A DNA stretch of 62,100 nt, filler included, from 4 parts of 4 records of this genome joined end to end with filler, not necessarily neighbours in it; one strand, 5' to 3'. Positions 22,050 through 32,029 are shown, numbered from the whole stretch's first letter. Notes: generated by a model from the letters alone, not told the origin. Translations and numbers: made by a program.

Positions 22050-24275
22050 TTACGTCTCTTTTTGGGTTTTATCGCCGCAAAATTCGGCCAGAACCTTCAA
22101 ATAGGCGTCGCCATTTTGTTTTGTGGGTTCAAGCACCGCTTTCTCCGCCCATTCATTCCACGCATTGATCCAAAGCTCCTCGCGGTACGACCCCGCAATC
22201 CGCTTTTCGAGCAGGCTGTGCAACCAACGCCTGAACGTGCCCACATTGGCACCATAGGCGATATGCGCCTTATCTCCACGCCGGGCGGTGTTGTCCCAGG
22301 ACGGCATAATGCCGGCAATCGTCGTTTTCGGGAGGCGCTTGGTGTAAGCCGATGAGGTCGCATAGGCTGCGGCCTTTGCGTAGTCGTAGATCAGCCCGCT
22401 AAATCCCTGCATGACAGAGGTTTGCATCTTGTTGCCATCGGGGCCGCCAAACAGATAGGCATTGCTTTTGACCAGACCATGCGGTGGCATTTCGACCCAG
22501 AAATCGAACAGATTGTCTTTGACCGGGCTGTCGCCATCTACGTGAAACAGCACCGCCCCAAGTTCGACTTCGCCAATGCCTTCGTCACGCCAAACCTGCC
22601 GCATCTGCTCTACGGCTGCGGCTGGATCGGGCATGTCTTCGGGTCGGTAAATCACAAATCGCGGGCGTATGCCGTCAGGGCGCTGGTAGCGCGGATCGCG
22701 CATGTAACGCGCAATGTCGCGGGCCAAATCACCGGCAAACCCCGGAAAATAGGTCTGTGGCATGAGGATTTCACCGCTCAACCCATCCCAATTGCGCCGC
22801 CAACTTTCGTTCGCCCAACACAGGTAAAATGGGAACTCGACGTCAGGCCGATCTAACACTAAATCAATCGGCTTTTCCAAAAGCCGTTGCCCGTCAAACC
22901 AGTAATAATAGGCGCAAAAGGCGTCGATGCCTGCGGCTTTGGCCATCTTGGCCTGTTCCGCTAGCGTCTCAGGCACACGCAGGTCATAAAACCCAAGATC
23001 GGCAGGAAGAACCGGATGGGCATGGCCGGAAAAATTCGGCTCGGCGGCCACGACACTGGTCCATTCGGTATAGCCTTTGCCCCACCATCTGTCATTTTCC
23101 GCAATCGGGTGAAACTGTGGCAGGTAAAATGCTGTAACGTATTGAGGAGCCTTGGGTTTGGCTTTCGGCGTCAGGCTGTCGATCTCGGTCGTCTGATAGG
23201 TTTTCAATCCTGCGGCCTTGCAGATATAGCCAAGAGCGCGCTCCACTGCATGCGCCGTCGTTCCGTCAAGCTGTTGATCTTCAATTTGGAAATGATCCTG
23301 CGTGAGCTGCATGGATTTCAGCATCGCAAGGATCGTTGGTTTGAGCCAATACATCGACCCGGCCGGGAAATCGAGGGAGGAGACATCCAAAGGCACTTCG
23401 ATCCGATCAAGGAGTTGGCGGGTCGTGTCCACATTCGAGCCCCACCATTCGGTGCCGCTGTAATGCTGCCCATCGGCCACCCAAAATCCGGCGTCCCAAG
23501 CGGTCAAAAAGGTTTCAAGCCTTGCCCTCGTGGCGTCGGGATCTCCCAAAATGCCTTGGATCAAGGCTTGGCGCCAGACGTCGCCATCTGTGCGATGGGG
23601 GCTTTTCTTGGTGTGCAGTTTGCACACGGCCTCATAGCCATCCAGAAAACCAGCCGCCACAAAATGCAAAAACGGATAGATGTCGCGCCCGTGGTTTGGC
23701 ATCGCATAGACTTTGGCCTCTGGGAAATCCCCGAGAACCAAGTCTTTGATGTCCGTTTTGTGGGACTTGGATTTTATATAAGAGACATACAGGTCGTATT
23801 CGAAGGATTGCGCTTTGATCCGTGCGGCGATTTCACCCCAAAGCTCGGCGTAAAAGACATGCACCACGATGGCGAACCGAGCCTTTTTGCGTGTTGGATC
23901 TGCGCGTAGAATTGGAAATACCACGCCGTCTACAAGATCAAACCCCGGAAGGTCGCGCGTCACGCGCCCTTCTTGTATGCCAAGGGTGACATAATGTTCC
24001 AGCGGTCGCATTCCGGCTGCGGCAACGTCGGGGTTATGTCTGAGATAGGCTCTTGGAGAAAAAGATCCGCTTGGCTGGATATCCAAAGCTTCGCCAAAGA
24101 TCACATAGTGACGTTCCGGGTTTTGTTTATAGAGCCAATGTAGCCCAGGTACCATGCCGCGGTAAAAATCCCTGTCAAACTGCCCGCTGGCTTTGATTTT
24201 ACGGGCGTAGCGGCGTTCTTTTGGGGTCGCCAATAAAAATCTTAGGGCATTTTTTGCCCTACTTGTGGCACTCAT
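22050..24275 (-). CDS. Multidomain polysaccharide biosynthesis protein: NPDVAAAG-type N-terminal module + RgpF (rhamnan synthesis F)-like + WbsX/GH99-like domain
   Basis: YLRHNPDVAAAGMRPLEHY; HVFY, NHGRDIYPF, KLHTKKS, FPAGSMYW, AHAVER; AFYLPQFHP..NDRWWGKGYTEW, CWANESW, WDNTARR, INAWNEWAE. Confidence 0.85.
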   Translation of the reverse strand: MSATSRAKNALRFLLATPKERRYARKIKASGQFDRDFYRGMVPGLHWLYKQNPERHYVIFGEALDIQPSGSFSPRAYLRHNPDVAAAGMRPLEHYVTLGIQEGRVTRDLPGFDLVDGVVFPILRADPTRKKARFAIVVHVFYAELWGEIAARIKAQSFEYDLYVSYIKSKSHKTDIKDLVLGDFPEAKVYAMPNHGRDIYPFLHFVAAGFLDGYEAVCKLHTKKSPHRTDGDVWRQALIQGILGDPDATRARLETFLTAWDAGFWVADGQHYSGTEWWGSNVDTTRQLLDRIEVPLDVSSLDFPAGSMYWLKPTILAMLKSMQLTQDHFQIEDQQLDGTTAHAVERALGYICKAAGLKTYQTTEIDSLTPKAKPKAPQYVTAFYLPQFHPIAENDRWWGKGYTEWTSVVAAEPNFSGHAHPVLPADLGFYDLRVPETLAEQAKMAKAAGIDAFCAYYYWFDGQRLLEKPIDLVLDRPDVEFPFYLCWANESWRRNWDGLSGEILMPQTYFPGFAGDLARDIARYMRDPRYQRPDGIRPRFVIYRPEDMPDPAAAVEQMRQVWRDEGIGEVELGAVLFHVDGDSPVKDNLFDFWVEMPPHGLVKSNAYLFGGPDGNKMQTSVMQGFSGLIYDYAKAAAYATSSAYTKRLPKTTIAGIMPSWDNTARRGDKAHIAYGANVGTFRRWLHSLLEKRIAGSYREELWINAWNEWAEKAVLEPTKQNGDAYLKVLAEFCGDKTQKET

Positions 24276-24342
24276 ACTCGGTTCGCTCCTAGGTCTTTTT
24301 TTGTCTGCCCGCTCACTTGGCTGCGCTCTGTTTGCTCTCTCG

Positions 24343-25170
24343 TCACTTGAGCAACAAGGCTTTGTAATTGCGGCTGAGCAATATCATGCCGATGGTTCCG
24401 ATAAAAAGAGCCAAGGCAAAAACGTATAACGGGGACGACGCCGAAGCATCATATGTTGAATAAATTCCTGACCTCAAAACGCCGACGAAGTGACAAATGG
24501 GATTGAGCATCAAAACGCTAAGTGTGGGTTGAGAAAAACTTTCCGGTAAGAACAAAACGCCTGAAATGATCAGCAAAGGTCGTGTCAAGATGGACCAAAT
24601 CTGTTCCCACAAAGGCACGACCAAGATAATGTAGCAATTCAATACGCCAATCGCCACGCTTAAGGCGATCAGCATCGCGACCCCTAAGAAAATCCGTGAC
24701 CAGTTCACGATCAGCGAAAGATCGAACATGTTCACGATCAGAATGAACACCAAGGTCATCACCAAGCCCTGCGTGACAAGGTTCAACACCAACCGCGCGA
24801 TCAGGGCGTCGATAAACGCAATCGCGGGGTATTGCAGCAGCGGTTTGGAAAATCGTACCGCGCGTGACAGATCATTTGAAATTGCCATGAACATGCCAAA
24901 TGGTAAAAAACCTGATGCATAATACAGAGGAAAACTCGACCCCAAGGCAGGTTTGTGTGCAATCAGCGAAAAGATAAAACTGAGGAATGTAATCCCGGCG
25001 ACAGGTTCGAAGAACGCCCAAAGATACCCACCCAGCGCACGCGAATAGCGGGTCTCAACCTCCCTGAGAATAAGGGCGATGACGCTCCGCCCAAATTTGT
25101 ACTTTCGCCCTTTGGGTCGCTGTGGTGGCACGATGCCACTGGCAAGCCTTTCGGGAGGGAGCTGGCTCAT
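24343..25170 (-). CDS. kpsM: Capsular polysaccharide ABC-2 exporter permease (KpsM-like)
   Basis: ALILRE..TRY....GYLWAFFEP, six hydrophobic helices, ISGVLF, LNPICHFV..LR. Confidence 0.85.
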   Translation of the reverse strand: MSQLPPERLASGIVPPQRPKGRKYKFGRSVIALILREVETRYSRALGGYLWAFFEPVAGITFLSFIFSLIAHKPALGSSFPLYYASGFLPFGMFMAISNDLSRAVRFSKPLLQYPAIAFIDALIARLVLNLVTQGLVMTLVFILIVNMFDLSLIVNWSRIFLGVAMLIALSVAIGVLNCYIILVVPLWEQIWSILTRPLLIISGVLFLPESFSQPTLSVLMLNPICHFVGVLRSGIYSTYDASASSPLYVFALALFIGTIGMILLSRNYKALLLK

Positions 25171-25297
25171 TCTTACTCTACTTTGTGGCGAACTAAGTTT
25201 ACAGGCTGGTCTTAAAGCCATGCATTGGCTAGGTTAAGCATGCTTCACAGCTATCTTCGGGACAGCAGTATAGCAAGCCTTTCAAAGGAGAATACAC

Positions 25298-26539
25298 GTG
25301 AATTTGGCGGCACGAGCAAGGCGCAGACGGCGAGCAAATCAGGCGAATGCCGCAGCGGAGGCTAACACGGCGCCTGAGCCAAATATCAAGGAATCCATCG
25401 TTCTTGTAGAGACTTTACCAAAAGCGGAGCCTGCTTTTTTACGACCGCGCCACTATATCCTCGCCGCCACCTTTGGGGCCTTTGTTATTGTGCCGTCCGT
25501 TCTGACCGCCATCTACCTTGCAGTGTTCGCGTCTGATCAATATTCCACAACTGTCGGCTTTTCGGTGCGCGCGGAGACGTCGCTTCCGGTGTCTGACCTT
25601 GTTGGCTCGCTTATTGGATCGTCCTCCAATGGGGCGCGCGACAGCGATATCCTGTATGAATATATGCGAGGTCATGAAATTGTCTCTTTGATTGATCAGA
25701 GACTGGATCTCAAGGAAATCTATTCTCTGCCCAATCGCGACCCTGTTTTCAGCCTTCATGATGGTGCAACCATCGAGGATCTCGCGGACTATTGGTCCAA
25801 GATGACGCTCGTGTCCTTTGATGGCAATGCCGGTTTGATTGAGGCCGAAATCCGCAGTTTCCGTGCCGAGGATAGCCTCAATATCGCCCGCGCCGTGCTC
25901 GAATTGTCCTCTCAGAAAATCAACGAATTGTCCAATATCGCCCGTGAAGACAGCATTCGTTTTGCCCGCGAAACCCTTGATGTGACCACGGAACAGCTGC
26001 GAAGTGCACGCACCCGGCTGACGGCCTTTCGTGTCGAAAATCAGATGATTGATCCGCAAGCGGCAATCCAGGGCCAAATGGGGCTTTTGAACTCGCTGAA
26101 TGCGCAATTGGCCGAGGAAATCATCACCAATGACCTCATCCGCCAATCGACAACGCGCGACACGGACCCTCGGATTGAACAGTCGGATCGGCGTATCAGC
26201 ATCATCCGCAATCGCATTGAGGATGAGCGCAGCTCTCTTGGCGCGGGAGTAGAAGGCAGCGGACCGCCCTATTCGGAGATTGTTTCGGAATATGAAGGTC
26301 TTGTGGTGGACCGGGAATTTGCCGAAGCACGATACCTTGCGGCCCGTGCCAATTACGATGCGGCTGTGACGGAAGCGGATCGGAAAAGTCGATACCTTGT
26401 GGTCTATAGTCCGCCGACACTGGCCGAAACTCCAACCCATCCAAGGCGCATCCTGATCTTTGCACTCACCACGCTTTTGCTTGTCGGGGTTTGGTCGCTT
26501 GGGGCGATGATTTTTTATTCCATAAAAGATCGACGCTAA
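25298..26539 (+). CDS. kpsE: Capsular polysaccharide export inner-membrane protein (KpsE/RkpR-like)
   Basis: GTG after AAGGAG; two TM helices flanking a coiled-coil periplasmic region; ASDQY, FSVR, P.LAE...HPRR, SIKDRR end. Confidence 0.87.
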   Translation: MNLAARARRRRRANQANAAAEANTAPEPNIKESIVLVETLPKAEPAFLRPRHYILAATFGAFVIVPSVLTAIYLAVFASDQYSTTVGFSVRAETSLPVSDLVGSLIGSSSNGARDSDILYEYMRGHEIVSLIDQRLDLKEIYSLPNRDPVFSLHDGATIEDLADYWSKMTLVSFDGNAGLIEAEIRSFRAEDSLNIARAVLELSSQKINELSNIAREDSIRFARETLDVTTEQLRSARTRLTAFRVENQMIDPQAAIQGQMGLLNSLNAQLAEEIITNDLIRQSTTRDTDPRIEQSDRRISIIRNRIEDERSSLGAGVEGSGPPYSEIVSEYEGLVVDREFAEARYLAARANYDAAVTEADRKSRYLVVYSPPTLAETPTHPRRILIFALTTLLLVGVWSLGAMIFYSIKDRR

Positions 26540-26541
26540 AC

Positions 26542-27195
26542 ATGATCCGTTTGAAAAACGTCTCGATGTCTTTTCCCTTGGGGCATGCCAGAAAAGTCGT
26601 GGCCGACAATCTGACGGTCGAATTCCCCCAAGATCGCTGTGTCGCGCTTTTAGGGCGCAATGGGGCGGGGAAATCGACCCTTTTGCGGATGATCGCCGGT
26701 GCGATCCTGCCTCACAGCGGTCAGATTGACATTGACGGAACGGTATCTTGGCCTGTCGGTTTTGCGGGGTCTTTTCATGCCGATCTGACGGGCGCGCAAA
26801 ATGTGCGGTTCATTGCACGGGTTTATGGAGTCGATACAAAGCAACTTATTGATTTTGTAGAAGACTTCTCCGAACTCGGTGCCCATTTTTATCAACCGAT
26901 CCGTAGCTACTCTTCCGGTATGCGGGCGCGTTTGGCCTTTGGCGCCTCTATGGGTATCCATTTCGATCACTATTTGATCGACGAAGTGACCTCTGTTGGG
27001 GATGCCTCTTTTCGCCGAAAAAGTGAGGCGGTGATCCGGGATCGTTTGAAAAATTCCGGTGCCGTCATGGTGTCCCATTCTCTGGGTCTCATCGCATCGC
27101 TTTGCAATGCCGCGGCAATTATAGAAGATGGCAAGCTGACATGGTATGAGGATGTCGACCGCGCCATCCGCGTTCATCGGATGATGCTCAGATAA
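26542..27195 (+). CDS. kpsT: Capsular polysaccharide exporter ATP-binding protein (KpsT-like)
   Basis: GRNGAGKST, VSWPVGF, YSSGMRARLAFG, YLIDEVTSVGD; short form without a C-terminal carbohydrate-binding domain. Confidence 0.92.
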   Translation: MIRLKNVSMSFPLGHARKVVADNLTVEFPQDRCVALLGRNGAGKSTLLRMIAGAILPHSGQIDIDGTVSWPVGFAGSFHADLTGAQNVRFIARVYGVDTKQLIDFVEDFSELGAHFYQPIRSYSSGMRARLAFGASMGIHFDHYLIDEVTSVGDASFRRKSEAVIRDRLKNSGAVMVSHSLGLIASLCNAAAIIEDGKLTWYEDVDRAIRVHRMMLR

Positions 27196-27211
27196 ACGCG
27201 TACTGGGCCAC

Positions 27212-28123
27212 TTACGCTTGACGCGAAAAATGCCGCTCGCCGCGCGCTTTCGCCAAAGCAATTTGGTGCTGCCTTTCGCGGAACCGTTCTTTGCGCGCCT
27301 CATCCGTTTCATCGACACATTGATGACAGGACACACCCTCTTCATACTCTGGCCGCGCTTTGTCTTCGGGTAAAATCGGACGGCGACAGGCGTGGCAAAG
27401 CTCATGTGGTCCCTCGGTCAACCCATGTCCAATCGACACGCGACCATCGAAGACGAAACATTCGCCCTCCCAAAGGCTTTCCTCTTTGGGCATCTCTTCG
27501 AGATATTTCAAAATCCCGCCCTTGAGGTGATAGACCTCCTCAATCCCCTGACCTAACAGGAAATTGGTCGATTTCTCACAGCGAATGCCACCGGTGCAAA
27601 ACATCGCGATGCGTTTGTTGTGAAACCGGTCTTTGTTCTCTTCCCACCATTGCGGAAAGTCGCGAAAGCTCTTGGTCTGCGGATCAATCGCGTTCTTGAA
27701 CGTGCCAATCCCAAATTCGTAATCATTGCGCGTGTCGATCACTGCCACATCATCGGCTGAGATCAGTTCGTTCCACTCTTTCGGGTTGCAATAGTGCCCA
27801 ACCCGCGCGCGCGGATCGACATCCGGTTGCCCCATGGTCACGATCTCTTTTTTCAACCGGACCTTCATCCGGCCAAATGGCTGCGCCGCCGCTGTCGAGA
27901 GTTTGTACTCAAAATCGGCACAGCCGGGCAGGGCGCGGATATGCGCCACCAAACGGTCAATCGCGGCGGGCGTGGGCCCGGCCACTGTGCCATTGATGCC
28001 TTCGCGGGCCAGCAAAAGCGACCCGGTGATGCCGTCCGAGAGGCATAGCTCCAAAAGCGGCCCCCGCAAAGCGGAGGGGTCATCGAAGCGGGCGAAGTGA
28101 TAGAGAGCGCAAACTGTAAACAT
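27212..28123 (-). CDS. trhO: Rhodanese-domain tRNA uridine(34) hydroxylase TrhO (YceA family)
   Basis: EGINGT, KVRLKKEIVTMG, IDTRNDYE, FCTGGIRCEKS, LKGGILKYLE, CFVFDGR. Confidence 0.92.
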   Translation of the reverse strand: MFTVCALYHFARFDDPSALRGPLLELCLSDGITGSLLLAREGINGTVAGPTPAAIDRLVAHIRALPGCADFEYKLSTAAAQPFGRMKVRLKKEIVTMGQPDVDPRARVGHYCNPKEWNELISADDVAVIDTRNDYEFGIGTFKNAIDPQTKSFRDFPQWWEENKDRFHNKRIAMFCTGGIRCEKSTNFLLGQGIEEVYHLKGGILKYLEEMPKEESLWEGECFVFDGRVSIGHGLTEGPHELCHACRRPILPEDKARPEYEEGVSCHQCVDETDEARKERFRERQHQIALAKARGERHFSRQA

Positions 28124-28540
28124 AATATGCTCGATACTCCCGCCTGTGGGCGCAGGCAAGACCTTGCACAGCGGTAAAAGCGCGCATCATTTATACATAT
28201 CCCGCTACGGCCCCGTCCGCCAGCGCGTCCAAAGGTTTCTCGGCTCCGGTGCGATCGGCGCGACTATAAAGGCACTGTGGTGTTCGCCGACGTGGTACTC
28301 TCTGACAAAGATACCTTATCCGCCGTGGCGTAAACCAAGCCGGGGATGTCGCGGATTACATTTGAGCGCGCGGGGCAAGAATTGCGTCTGCCACCTAGAA
28401 ATCAGTCTCTCATCCAGCCCAAAAGATCCTAATTTACGAATCCCTCGGTCACTTGGGCAAAACCGACCCCCATTCACCTCGCCATGACGCTTGCCAAGCC
28501 CGGTCAGCGCGCGCTAGGCCTATGCCAAAGGAGACCTCCC

Positions 28541-29140
28541 ATGCGTCCAGCCAACGAAGCCTTGATCGTCATCGACATCCAAAACGACTTTTGCCCCGGT
28601 GGTGCGCTGGCTGTGACCGGCGGCGACGAGATCGTACCCGGCGTCAATGCTTTGATGGATGAGTTCGCTGCCGTGGTCCTGACGCAAGACTGGCATCCCG
28701 CCGGGCATTCGTCCTTTGCCAGCACCCATGCGGCAGCGCCCTTTAGCACCACTGAGATGCCTTATGGCACCCAAGTGCTCTGGCCGGATCACTGTATTCA
28801 GGGCACGGGCGGTGCCGCCTTTCATCCGGGGCTGCGACTTGATGGCGACCTGATCATTCGCAAGGGGTACAATCCCGCGATTGACAGCTATTCCGCCTTT
28901 TTCGAAAACGATCATGTGACCCCGACCGGGCTTGAGGGCTATCTCAAAACCCGTGGAATAGATACGCTCACGCTGGTCGGTCTGGCGTTTGATTTCTGTG
29001 TGAATTTCTCCGCCGTCGATGCCGCGCGCCTTGGGTTTAAAGTCGCTGTTCGTGCGGATTTATGTCGCGCGATTGACATGGAGGGATCAAAGAAAACCGC
29101 AATCGACGGGATGAAAACCGCCGGGGTTGAGGTTGTTTGA
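28541..29140 (+). CDS. pncA: Nicotinamidase/pyrazinamidase
   Basis: IDIQNDFCPGGAL, TQDWHP..H, WPDHCIQG, RKG...DSYSAF, GLAFDFCV; AAGGAG SD. Confidence 0.96.
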   Translation: MRPANEALIVIDIQNDFCPGGALAVTGGDEIVPGVNALMDEFAAVVLTQDWHPAGHSSFASTHAAAPFSTTEMPYGTQVLWPDHCIQGTGGAAFHPGLRLDGDLIIRKGYNPAIDSYSAFFENDHVTPTGLEGYLKTRGIDTLTLVGLAFDFCVNFSAVDAARLGFKVAVRADLCRAIDMEGSKKTAIDGMKTAGVEVV

Positions 29141-29143
29141 GCC

Positions 29144-30415
29144 ATGACCCCGAAACTTTTCACCACTCTCAAAACCTATACAAAAGATCAGTTTAGAGCC
29201 GATGTCTTTGCTGGCATCACCGTGGCTTTGGTGGCACTGCCTCTGTCCATCGCCATTGCTATCGCCTCAGGTGCGGGGCCTGCGGAGGGTATCGTCACCG
29301 CCATCGTCGCGGGGTTTTTGATTTCCGCGCTGGGCGGTAGTCGTGTTCAGATCGGCGGGCCGACCGGGGCGTTTATCGTGGTGGTTGCCGGGGTGGTGGC
29401 GACGTATGGGTATGATGGATTGGTCACCGCGACCTTCATGGCCGGAATTATCCTTTTGGTTGCGGGGGCGTTCCATGCGGGCGGTCTGGTGCGCCACGTG
29501 CCCGAAGCGGTGATCAACGGCTTTACCATCGGCATCGCCGTGATCATCGCCACGAGCCAAATCCCCGATCTTTTGGGTCTCAGCGGCGCGATGCCTGCCG
29601 ATTTCATCGAAAAAATCCCCGCGATCTGGCGCGCTTTGCCCGCCATGACCCCGGCGGCCTTTGCCATCGGATTGGCCACGATGGTGTTGATCGTTTTGTT
29701 CCGCCGCGCTGCGCCGCGATTGCCGGGGTTGATCGTGGCGGTGGCGATCACCTCTGCCGTTGTTGCGATCTTCCATCTGCCTGTCGCGACGATTCAAACG
29801 CGGTTTGGCGATTTGCCACGCAGTCTGCCGATGCCTCAGTTGCCGGATCTCAGCTTTGATCGCATCCGCGAACTTTTGTCCTCGGCGGTGATCATCGCCT
29901 TTTTGGCAGGTGTTGAATCGCTTTTGTCCGCCATGGTTGCGGATCGCATGATTTCTGGCAAACACCGGTCCAATGCGGAGCTTCTCGCGCAGGGCGTGGC
30001 CAATCTGGGCTCCTCCCTGTTTGGCGGTTTACCTGCGACAGGGGCCATTGCCCGCACCGCGACCAATGTGCGCGCGGGGGGTAAAACGCCGGTAGCCGGG
30101 ATCATTCATGCGCTGACCATTCTCGCGATTTTGATGCTGGTGGCCCCGCTGGCAGGCTTTCTTGCCATGCCCGCCCTGTCCGGTTTGCTGCTTTTGACCG
30201 CGTGGAACATGTCTGAGCCGCATCGTTGGGGCAGCTATCTACGCGCGGCTCGTTCGGATCAGGTGCTTTTGGTGATCACACTTTTGCTCACGGTGCTCAC
30301 CGATCTCACCCTTGCTATTGGTGTGGGTATCGCGCTTGGGCTGGCGATGAAACTCAGGCGCCGTGGTGACAAACAGGCCGATACGGACGAAGATTGGACG
30401 CCGCGCGACCGATAA
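29144..30415 (+). CDS. SulP/SLC26 family anion transporter lacking the C-terminal STAS domain
   Basis: AGITVALVALPLSIAIAIASG, GGSRVQIGGPTGAF, ESLLSAMVAD, PATGAIARTATN; ends about 20 aa after the last TM helix (423 aa). Confidence 0.9.
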   Translation: MTPKLFTTLKTYTKDQFRADVFAGITVALVALPLSIAIAIASGAGPAEGIVTAIVAGFLISALGGSRVQIGGPTGAFIVVVAGVVATYGYDGLVTATFMAGIILLVAGAFHAGGLVRHVPEAVINGFTIGIAVIIATSQIPDLLGLSGAMPADFIEKIPAIWRALPAMTPAAFAIGLATMVLIVLFRRAAPRLPGLIVAVAITSAVVAIFHLPVATIQTRFGDLPRSLPMPQLPDLSFDRIRELLSSAVIIAFLAGVESLLSAMVADRMISGKHRSNAELLAQGVANLGSSLFGGLPATGAIARTATNVRAGGKTPVAGIIHALTILAILMLVAPLAGFLAMPALSGLLLLTAWNMSEPHRWGSYLRAARSDQVLLVITLLLTVLTDLTLAIGVGIALGLAMKLRRRGDKQADTDEDWTPRDR

Positions 30416-30976
30416 TCACGGGATCACGCCGACGCCGGAGAACCCGCAAACATCTGCCGCCTTCAGGTAGGCTGCCGAAAACCCGTTGAGTTGAAACGCC
30501 GCAACAGGTCGCCCCTGAACCACCAAATCCAGCCGCCCGTTGGCCTGCATCTTTTGTAGCATCCACTGGCTGTAGGGTTGATCATAACTCACCCGCGCGC
30601 GTTTATAGCCGTCAGGATCATAGCTTGTGACAGGCTTCGCGGCGGCGGTTTCATAGCTGTCGAAGATGATGTAGCCGGTCATGCCGTCCTGCATTTGCGT
30701 GTCATAGCCGCGTGGGGCGTATTCTTCGATCACCACGGAAGGATACACCGTCGGCGGGCCGGCATCATGGCTCATGAACTCAATCGAAATGCGCGCGTCG
30801 CCATCGCCGCCACTGCTGGCGATACAATAGTGATAGACATCCTCGACGATCCCTGCCGTTCCCACGTTTTCGGCGAATGTAGACACCCGCCACGACCCAT
30901 AGTCCCAATCGCCCTGCGCCATGGCCGACCCCGCCGCCAAGATCCAAAATACCCCAGCTAAAATCGCTTTCATCAT
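30416..30976 (-). CDS. Exported hypothetical protein, weakly IalB (invasion-associated locus B)-like
   Basis: Signal peptide ending AMA; YGSWRV..C near N-terminus; FQLNGFSAAY..C near C-terminus; AGAGG SD. Confidence 0.6.
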   Translation of the reverse strand: MMKAILAGVFWILAAGSAMAQGDWDYGSWRVSTFAENVGTAGIVEDVYHYCIASSGGDGDARISIEFMSHDAGPPTVYPSVVIEEYAPRGYDTQMQDGMTGYIIFDSYETAAAKPVTSYDPDGYKRARVSYDQPYSQWMLQKMQANGRLDLVVQGRPVAAFQLNGFSAAYLKAADVCGFSGVGVIP

Positions 30977-31108
30977 CTGCCTCTTTGTCACAATTCAAAT
31001 CCTGCCTAACACGCAAATCTTTTCAAATGACGAACAAAACCATGGGTCTGCTTGCCAAACCCCTCTCTGCCCTGCTTTAACCGTTTTGTCATAAGAAGGG
31101 GCCTGCTC

Positions 31109-32029
31109 ATGGTCGATATCGCCACCCGCGTCTACAATCACAAATGGAAAATCGACCCGATTGTCCGCTCCCTGATCGACACCGATTTTTACAAACTCCT
31201 GATGTGTCAGTCGGTGTTTCGCAACAAACCCGACACCCAGGTCACGTTTTCGCTGATCAACCGTTCCAAATCCATCCGCTTGGCGGAGATGGTCGATGAG
31301 GGCGAACTGCGCGAACAGTTGGATCATGTTCGCTCCCTCTCCCTGTCCCGCGGGGAAAGCACATGGATGCGCGGCAATACGTTTTATGGCAAACGCCAGA
31401 TGTTCCGCCCGGATTTCATGGAATGGTTCGAAAACCTGCGCCTTCCGCCTTATCAGCTTGAGAAAAAGGACGGCCAATATGAGCTGACCTTTGAAGGGTC
31501 CTGGCCCGAGGTCATGCTTTGGGAAATTCCGGCGCTCTCAATCCTGATGGAGCTGCGGTCGCGGGCTGTGCTTGGCCCGATGAAAAAATTTGAACTCCAG
31601 GTGCTCTACGCCCGTGGCATGACCAAACTGTGGGAAAAAATCGAACGGCTCAAACCCCTTGAGGGGCTCAAAATCGCCGATTTCGGCACCCGTCGCCGTC
31701 ATTCCTACCTCTGGCAGGATTGGTGCGTCCAAGCCATGCTCGAAGGTCTCGGCCCCAAATTCACCGGCACTTCGAATTGCCACATCGCGATGAAACGCGA
31801 CCTCGAAGCGGTCGGCACCAATGCCCACGAGCTTCCGATGGTCTATTCCGCGTTGGCCAAAACCGACGCCGAGCTGCGCCAAGCGCCCTATGAGGTGTTG
31901 GCCGATTGGCATGAAGAACACGATGGCAACCTGCGCATCATTCTGCCCGACACCTACGGCACACGCGGCTTTTTGGACGGCGCGCCCGATTGGCTTGCGG
32001 GCTGGACCGGCATCCGCATCGACAGCGGC
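31109..32029 (+). CDS. pncB: Nicotinate phosphoribosyltransferase (3' truncated)
   Basis: [41 protein letters not shown]. Confidence 0.96.
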
